Of a stretch of DNA of 64,000 bases, positions 58,360 to 64,000 are shown piece by piece. Where the stretch lies: positions 63,591 to 127,590 of the forward strand of contig CASICS010000008.1 in assembly GCA_949373255.1 (NCBI GenBank), in the 5' to 3' direction. The notes under the pieces were generated by a model that had not been told where the DNA came from, did not search any database, and was given only the letters and a program-made list of their open reading frames with translations. Position 1 is the first letter of the stretch; the number at the start of each line of letters is the position of its first letter. This DNA is from an uncultured SAR86 cluster bacterium. GTDB taxonomy: Bacteria > Pseudomonadota > Gammaproteobacteria > Magnimaribacterales > AG-339-G14. A program made the translations under genes and the position numbers.

Positions 58360-59052
58360 ATGAGTAATGATTCTTCTCTTTTATTTGGGTCCACTGGCTT
58401 TATTGGTTCTAAAGTTATTAATTTGCTAAATCAAAGAAAGAATTTTGTTTATGCTCCTGTTAGAAGTTCTCAAAAAAATCTTTTCGAAAATTCTAAAGAA
58501 ATTATCATTGAAAACTTTGATTTATCCGCGATAGAAATACCACATATTAAATACGCATATATCTGTCTTGGAACAAAACTTCGAGCCTGGGAGTTATTGA
58601 AAATGAGTCAATCAAAAAGGAAAGAATTTCAAAAAGTTGATTACGAGATTATATTAAATGCTGCAAGAAAAGCGCATTCTTGTGGTGCAGAAACAATTTC
58701 TTTGATTTCGGCTGTTGGAGTAAAGTCTGGCTCTTTTAACTTTTATATGGATATCAAGGGTAGAGTAGAGGAAGAAATAATAGATTTAGGCTTTAAATCG
58801 GTGAACATTTTTAGACCTGGTCATTTAATGGGGAAAGGCGCTAATTCTGATTGGGATGTGAAGCTCGCTGACTTCGTTTCCAAAATTACAGATAATTTTA
58901 TGTTCGGACCGTTTTCTAAATTTAAAAGTATTGATGGAAATTGCCTTGCTAGATCGATGGTCTTAGAAACGCAAAGAAATAAACCAGGAGTAAATTATTT
59001 TTATTTTAATGAAATAATCCAATCGTTAATAAGTGACACCCCTTCGCTGTGA
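58360..59052 (+). CDS. NAD(P)H-binding Rossmann-fold protein (atypical SDR/epimerase-like)
   Basis: 230 aa; N-terminal LLFGSTGFIGSKV glycine-rich dinucleotide motif. The last 52 nt overlap the convergent cytochrome gene. Confidence 0.6.
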   Translation: MSNDSSLLFGSTGFIGSKVINLLNQRKNFVYAPVRSSQKNLFENSKEIIIENFDLSAIEIPHIKYAYICLGTKLRAWELLKMSQSKRKEFQKVDYEIILNAARKAHSCGAETISLISAVGVKSGSFNFYMDIKGRVEEEIIDLGFKSVNIFRPGHLMGKGANSDWDVKLADFVSKITDNFMFGPFSKFKSIDGNCLARSMVLETQRNKPGVNYFYFNEIIQSLISDTPSL

Positions 59053-60026
59053 ACCACGGTTCTTCCTGACTCAGGCATCATAATTCCAGGATCGTCAGAT
59101 TTCATTCTATAAAGCAAGATAGATTCCTCGGGCTTACCGGGAACAATAGAATATTTAAGATTTCCACTTGCTCTTCCAGCTGCTACTGGCTTTTTAAAAA
59201 AACCAAGTTTTCCTTCATCTGTTTCTGTTAAATACAGGTTAAGACCGGTTGTATCAGCCGAGCCACCAGGCATATGGCAATGACCACAATTTATATCTAA
59301 ATATGCTCTAGCTCTATCTTCTATTGGTGCATTTTCATCCGACCAGTTTGCAATTAAATCTAAAGGAACATGATCCTCAACTATATTATTTTCCAACCAG
59401 TATGAAATTTGATTAGCTTTTTTATTTTTATATTGAATAGAAAAGTTTAAATTTCTAGATTTAGGACCAATGGGCATAATTTTACCGTCTTTCAGATGAC
59501 ATTCTTTACATTGATTTTGATTGGGAACCCTATAGTTAATTGATAAGATATTTCCATTATTTTCTACAGGTATTGATTCATATGTATATCCAGTAACTTT
59601 CAGTAGAGCTTCAGTTTGTTCTTCGTTCCAAAGGTAAGTGTGCGCCTTCCATCCTGATTCTTGATTGAGCAGGAGTCTAGTTTCCAAAAGCTTTCTGCCT
59701 CCATTTAATGCATTAGGATATGAAAAAGTCTTTATAAGGGCAGACCCAACCGGAAATTCGTATACTTCGTTTGGTTTAAATTTTGCTTTTTTTCCTTTTG
59801 GAACATAAACAAATCGATGTTTATCAGCATAATCAGAAAAAAGAGCAGAATGAAGAACATATGGAAAAACTTCTTCTTCTGGAATTTGCGCTACTGGATC
59901 AGAAAAGAATGCATAGTCTGAAAGTTTTTTTTCTGGCTTAGAAGATAAAATTGCCTCATCGTTAACAGCAAAAATATTTGCGTTAAAGAATATAAATAAA
60001 ACTACTAGAAAGTTCTTTATTTCCAT
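59001..60026 (-). CDS. Secreted diheme c-type cytochrome (SO_2930/HNE_0200-like family), function unknown
   Basis: 341 aa; signal peptide MEIKNFLVVLFIFFNANIFA; two heme motifs, CKECH and CGHCH; LSDYAFF near the N-terminus. Confidence 0.75.
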   Translation of the reverse strand: MEIKNFLVVLFIFFNANIFAVNDEAILSSKPEKKLSDYAFFSDPVAQIPEEEVFPYVLHSALFSDYADKHRFVYVPKGKKAKFKPNEVYEFPVGSALIKTFSYPNALNGGRKLLETRLLLNQESGWKAHTYLWNEEQTEALLKVTGYTYESIPVENNGNILSINYRVPNQNQCKECHLKDGKIMPIGPKSRNLNFSIQYKNKKANQISYWLENNIVEDHVPLDLIANWSDENAPIEDRARAYLDINCGHCHMPGGSADTTGLNLYLTETDEGKLGFFKKPVAAGRASGNLKYSIVPGKPEESILLYRMKSDDPGIMMPESGRTVVHSEGVSLINDWIISLK

Positions 60027-61237
60027 TCCTCAATCGCAGGAAGTTTTTTCAGCGAGCCATTAAATAAACTTTTATCTCTTGACGGAGAATGGAAGTAAGG
60101 AAAAGCTACATACCAAAAAACATCTAAATCTAAAAATTTAGTTTCGTCTGATTCTTTTAAAACTAATTTTTCATTTTCGGGTTGACCAAAAATTAATTGA
60201 GTAAAGGGCAATAAACCATCCCAGATAATATCCGGCATATTGTTGCCAGCAATATCTACTAAAATAGGCCCAAGATCTCCTCTAGATGAATCAGGCTCTG
60301 TGCCCACATTAGAATATCTATTATTGTGGACATGAATACTTTTTGGATAAGGATCATAATTATCATCTCCAGATTCTAGGTCACCAGCAACAATTGCAAT
60401 GTGAACCGTTTCGTTGTCGTCAAAATCATTATCAAATATCTCTACATTTCTATTAGCCATAATAATGAGGCCAGTTCCTTTTGGAACTTCACCAACAATA
60501 TTTCCTTCAGGTGCAAAATTTTCAGTATTATTTTTAAATGATTTATTTTGAAAAACTCTTACGTTTTTGCCGCCTTGTTTGGGTAAATTTGGTAAATCAA
60601 AAATCAAGATACCCCCAGTATTGTTAGTGGCAATATTATTATATACGTCTGCATGATATGAATTCTCAATTTCAATCCCGGCTACATTAAATTCTGCTCT
60701 AGTATTCCTTACTATAATTTGCTCCGATTGACCTACATAAACGCCTGCATCGGAAGCACCAATGGCAACGCATTCATCTATTAAGACTCCTATTGATTCA
60801 ACTGGATACAAGCCATATGCACCATTTTTAGAGTCTGGACCATTGGTCCATTCTGTTCTTATTCTTATAAAACTAATATTTTTAACGCCTTTTGATTTAA
60901 TGGCATCGCCTTTAGCATTTTCGACTGCAAAATCTTTCAAAACAACGTTATCTGATGTGACGATAAGCCCTTGCGCACCCGTTTTTTGATCGCTGAAGTC
61001 TAAAACTGTTTTATTCATCCCAGAGCCTTGAATTATTATGTCGTTTACATCTAGAGAAAGACCATGCTGAAGGTTATATATACCTTCTTTTAAATAAATA
61101 GTATCGCCTGGTTCAGCTAGGATCAAAGCTTCTTGAATCTCATCCTGTGATGAATCACTGGGCGAAATTTCCCATCTCTCTGAATAAGCATTAAAGCTTA
61201 ATAGTACTAATAATAAATACTTTATATAATTTTTCAT
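60017..61237 (-). CDS. Secreted parallel beta-helix repeat protein (NosD/CASH-like), function unknown
   Basis: 406 aa; signal peptide MKNYIKYLLLVLLSFNAYS; repeated beta-helix turns (..GIEIENS..ADVYNNIATNNTGGILIF..). Its stop overlaps the cytochrome start by 10 nt. Confidence 0.7.
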   Translation of the reverse strand: MKNYIKYLLLVLLSFNAYSERWEISPSDSSQDEIQEALILAEPGDTIYLKEGIYNLQHGLSLDVNDIIIQGSGMNKTVLDFSDQKTGAQGLIVTSDNVVLKDFAVENAKGDAIKSKGVKNISFIRIRTEWTNGPDSKNGAYGLYPVESIGVLIDECVAIGASDAGVYVGQSEQIIVRNTRAEFNVAGIEIENSYHADVYNNIATNNTGGILIFDLPNLPKQGGKNVRVFQNKSFKNNTENFAPEGNIVGEVPKGTGLIIMANRNVEIFDNDFDDNETVHIAIVAGDLESGDDNYDPYPKSIHVHNNRYSNVGTEPDSSRGDLGPILVDIAGNNMPDIIWDGLLPFTQLIFGQPENEKLVLKESDETKFLDLDVFWYVAFPYFHSPSRDKSLFNGSLKKLPAIEEWK

Positions 61238-61246
61238 TCAAAAATT

Positions 61247-61278
61247 CCCCTCTTAGAAATTATTCTACCCCTCTTAGA
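61247..61278. repeat. Direct repeat CCCCTCTTAGA x2 (21-bp period) in the 5' leader of the beta-helix gene
   Basis: Copies at 61247-61257 and 61268-61278. On the coding (minus) strand each reads TCTAAGAGGGG; the proximal copy is the Shine-Dalgarno region, 9 nt before the ATG. Confidence 0.6.
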
Positions 61279-61367
61279 GCAACATTCAAACAAAGATGGT
61301 TGCTTCTTAATGAATTTTAAATATAGCTTTCAAAATGGATCGATAATGAAATATTATTAATCAAATC

Positions 61368-61400
61368 TTGCTGAACTTAATGAGAATGATTATCATCTTT
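61368..61400 (+). promoter_or_regulatory. fbpA promoter (-35 TTGCTG, 17 nt, -10 TATCAT) overlapped by a Fur box
   Basis: GAGAATGATTATCATCTTT (61382-61400) matches 14 of 19 positions of the Fur consensus GATAATGATAATCATTATC and covers the -10 hexamer (61391-61396). Confidence 0.55.
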
Positions 61401-61426
61401 TGTAATAAATAAAATAAGAGAAAAAA

Positions 61427-62458
61427 ATGAAAAACTTATTAAAAACCATGAGCTTTGTTTTGATTGGAATTCTTGCAGCTGAATCTATTTTTGCTAACGA
61501 GGTAAATTTGTATACGTCCAGGCATTACGACACGGATGACGCGTTGTATGAAGATTTTACAAACGAAACTGGCATAAAAGTGAATATAATTTCCGGTAAG
61601 GGGAAAGCCTTGATGCAAAGAATAAGATCGGAAGGGAGGAATTCTTTAGCTGATATTTTTATTACTGTCGATGCAGCTAATTTATGGAAATTACAAAAAG
61701 ATAATTTTTTCCAAAGTATTTCTTCCAATAAAATACAAAAATCAGTACCTGCAAACCTAAGAGGTCCAAATAATGAATGGGTTGCCCTAGCTAAAAGATC
61801 GAGAGTCATCTTTTACGACTCCAAAAAGATTTCTAAAAAACAAATAAGGAAATTATCTTATGAAGATCTAGCTGATCCAAAATGGAAGGGCAAGATAGTT
61901 ATTAGAAGTTCTAATAATATTTATAACCAATCTCTTGTAGCTTCCTTAATAGCAAACCATGGTGTTGAAGAAACTGAAAAGTGGGCAAAAGGCTTTGTGG
62001 CTAACTTTGCAAGAAAACCACAGGGCAACGATAGAGCTCAAATTATTGCTATTGCAAATGGAGAAGCTGAAATAGCGATTGCTAATAGCTATTATATTGG
62101 CCTCATGCTTTCAGGAAAAAAAGGATTAGAACAAAAAAAAGCTGCACAAAAAGTTTCTTTGCACTTCCCAAGTCAAGCCGGTCGTGGCACGCATATCAAT
62201 ATAAGTGGAGCGGGCATTTTAAAGAATGCACCAAATAGTTTGAATGCCACAAAATTGCTAGAATTTCTTCTTTCCAACAAAGCTCAAAAACATATTATAA
62301 ATAATACTTATGAATATCCGGTTGTTCCTGTTGTTAGGCCAAATGAAATCATGTCCCAATTTGGAAAAAACTTTAAAGAAGATCAAACATCTGTTTCAGA
62401 ATATGGAAAATTTAATCCGGAAGCAGTCAGGCTGATGGATAGAGTTGGATGGAAGTAA
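61427..62458 (+). CDS. fbpA: Fe(3+) ABC transporter periplasmic substrate-binding protein (FbpA/FutA/AfuA-like)
   Basis: 343 aa; signal peptide, VNLYTSRHYDTDDALYEDF, ANSYY. Followed by a permease gene. Confidence 0.85.
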   Translation: MKNLLKTMSFVLIGILAAESIFANEVNLYTSRHYDTDDALYEDFTNETGIKVNIISGKGKALMQRIRSEGRNSLADIFITVDAANLWKLQKDNFFQSISSNKIQKSVPANLRGPNNEWVALAKRSRVIFYDSKKISKKQIRKLSYEDLADPKWKGKIVIRSSNNIYNQSLVASLIANHGVEETEKWAKGFVANFARKPQGNDRAQIIAIANGEAEIAIANSYYIGLMLSGKKGLEQKKAAQKVSLHFPSQAGRGTHINISGAGILKNAPNSLNATKLLEFLLSNKAQKHIINNTYEYPVVPVVRPNEIMSQFGKNFKEDQTSVSEYGKFNPEAVRLMDRVGWK

Positions 62459-62532
62459 AACTAAAGGCAAACTAAAAATATTTAGCTTTCACGCTTACAC
62501 ATCTTTGCTTACATAGTTTGGTATATTGAGTT

Positions 62533-64000
62533 GTGATTTCAAAAATTAACTCTTTAGATCTGTGGAAAATAATACCTATAATTATTTTTATAATTTTTGT
62601 TTCGCCTGTTGCAATAGTTCTTTTTAGCCTAACTGGAGAATACTCAGAGAACTGGTTACATCTAATAGAGTACGTTTTAACTGGATATATAATTAATTCC
62701 TTAATTTTAGTTATTGGCGTTTCATTATTAACTTTAGTTATTGGAGTAGGAACCGCATGGTTAATTTCAAATTATAAATTTTCTGGAAAAAGATTCTTTG
62801 AATGGGCTCTAATTCTTCCTCTAGCAGTTCCCCCATATATTCTTGCTTATACTTTTACTGGACTATTTGATGCTTATGGAAGCGCGAATAACTTGATTAG
62901 AGATATATTTTCTTTTCAGGATGCTTATGTTTTCTTTCCAAGCGTAAGAAATATATACGGCGCAATAATTGTTTTTTCTTTCACACTTTATCCATATGTG
63001 TATTTAGCATCGCGCATGGCTTTCTTAAATCAATCAAAATCTATACTAGAATCAGGAAAAGTTTTAGGACTTAGTAAACTAAAAGTCTTTTTCAATTTAG
63101 CTCTGCCTATGGTTAGGCCAGCAGTAATTGGCGGATTGATGCTTGTTATCATGGAGACTTTATCGGATTTTGGCGCAGTCGATCATTTTGCAATTGAAAC
63201 TTTCACTACTGGTATTTTTAGAACTTGGTATGGGATGTATGATCTTCAGACCGCAATGCAACTGGCGTCTTTGTTATTAATTTTTATAACGTTTTTTATT
63301 CTTATTGAAAGGTTCTCTAGAAAAGATATATCTTATGTTGGCAGTTCATCAGTCTATGGAGAAATAAAATTCATTGAAGTATTTGGAATTAATAATCTGC
63401 TTTGTTTTGGAGCTTGCGGTATTCCACTTTTTATAGGTTTTATATTGCCAATAATTGAGTTATTAAATTGGACTTATAACTATAAACTAGATTTCTTTAC
63501 TGGAGTTTTTTTACAGAATTCATTCAATACTATTTATTTAGCACTATTAGCTGCCCTAATATGCTCGATCACAGCTTTGCTAATTAATTTTTCAATTAGA
63601 TTTAAAAAAAATAAATTTTTATCGTTTTTAAGCTCGTTTTTAACTCTAGGTTATGCAGTGCCTGGATTAATTTTAGCCATAGGAGTTATGAAATTATTAA
63701 CCTACTTAGATGCAAACCTTTTCTCTTATTACTTTGATTTAATTTTAACCGGTAGCATTGCAGGATTGATTATTGCTTACATAATTAAATCCTATGCTCT
63801 TGCAAGTTCAATAATTGAGTCTGGGTACCAAAGAATTGGATCAAATATAGATGATGTAGCTATAACTCTAAAAAATACTGGACTAAAACTATTAGGTAGA
63901 GTGCATTTGCCACTTCTAAAAACTAGTTTTTTAACTAGTATTTTATTAGTTGTTTCAGAGGTGATCAAAGAATTGCCAGCAACATTGATACTAAGACCTT
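62533..64000 (+). CDS. fbpB: Fe(3+) ABC transporter permease (FbpB-like, duplicated TM domain; runs off the window; absent from ORF track)
   Basis: Hand translation from GTG 62533: (M)ISKINSLDLWKIIPIIIFIIFVSPVAIVLFSLTGEYSENWLHLIEYVL...AVPPYILAYTFTGLFD... stays open to position 64000. Polytopic. Confidence 0.8.
   Translation, partial: MISKINSLDLWKIIPIIIFIIFVSPVAIVLFSLTGEYSENWLHLIEYVLTGYIINSLILVIGVSLLTLVIGVGTAWLISNYKFSGKRFFEWALILPLAVPPYILAYTFTGLFDAYGSANNLIRDIFSFQDAYVFFPSVRNIYGAIIVFSFTLYPYVYLASRMAFLNQSKSILESGKVLGLSKLKVFFNLALPMVRPAVIGGLMLVIMETLSDFGAVDHFAIETFTTGIFRTWYGMYDLQTAMQLASLLLIFITFFILIERFSRKDISYVGSSSVYGEIKFIEVFGINNLLCFGACGIPLFIGFILPIIELLNWTYNYKLDFFTGVFLQNSFNTIYLALLAALICSITALLINFSIRFKKNKFLSFLSSFLTLGYAVPGLILAIGVMKLLTYLDANLFSYYFDLILTGSIAGLIIAYIIKSYALASSIIESGYQRIGSNIDDVAITLKNTGLKLLGRVHLPLLKTSFLTSILLVVSEVIKELPATLILRP

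Noticed and set aside
57853-61237. Possible tRNA-associated genomic island downstream of tRNA(CAU)
   Set aside because: There is no integrase, transposase or phage gene. I saw no repeat of the tRNA 3' end (GGTTCGAGTCCTCCCGGGCCCACCA) downstream, and there is no visible compositional break. I could not run an exhaustive repeat search by eye.
62459-62532. Possible terminator or sRNA between fbpA and fbpB
   Set aside because: There is only a weak CTAAA/TTTAG 5-bp inverted repeat with no U-tract. The gap is most simply an intercistronic spacer within the fbp operon.

Overview
This is an AT-rich, very gene-dense chromosomal segment. By my gene calls only about 1.4 kb of the 64 kb is non-coding. 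Gene order points to a streamlined gammaproteobacterium: hisBHAF; glnA-ntrBC; gmk-rpoZ-spoT-ridA-recG; lptD-surA-pdxA-rsmA-apaH facing amgK-murU; rpe-trpEGDC; fis-purH-purD; gshB-tonB-like-ruvX-dnaG-rpoD-tRNA. A SAR86-like or Pseudomonadales-related marine lineage is my inference only. I call 69 protein genes, two of them truncated at the window edges and absent from the ORF track: a GH3 beta-glucosidase at 1-2362(-) and an iron ABC permease at 62533-64000(+). I also call one tRNA(CAU), one clear bidirectional intrinsic terminator, a Fur-box promoter, and several perfect palindromes confined to the few intergenic gaps. I found no CRISPR array, transposase, integrase, phage gene, rRNA or recognisable defence island. 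I do not see convincing evidence for a large undescribed multi-gene system. The best second-look candidates are: (1) a translationally coupled, secreted beta-helix protein plus diheme c-type cytochrome pair of unknown function, head-to-head with a Fur-controlled Fe(3+) importer; (2) a glnII(GSII)-glnA(GSI)-ntrB-ntrC operon in which GSI carries Phe at the adenylylation Tyr position; (3) an ACAD10/11-type kinase, a split MaoC (HadAB-like) hydratase and an MFS transporter, inserted into the conserved folK-cca neighbourhood behind a perfect 9-1-9 palindrome; (4) unexplained perfect palindromes in divergent promoter gaps; and (5) extreme compaction with convergent gene overlaps of up to 52 nt. All family assignments come from reading motifs by eye. 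No database search was run.
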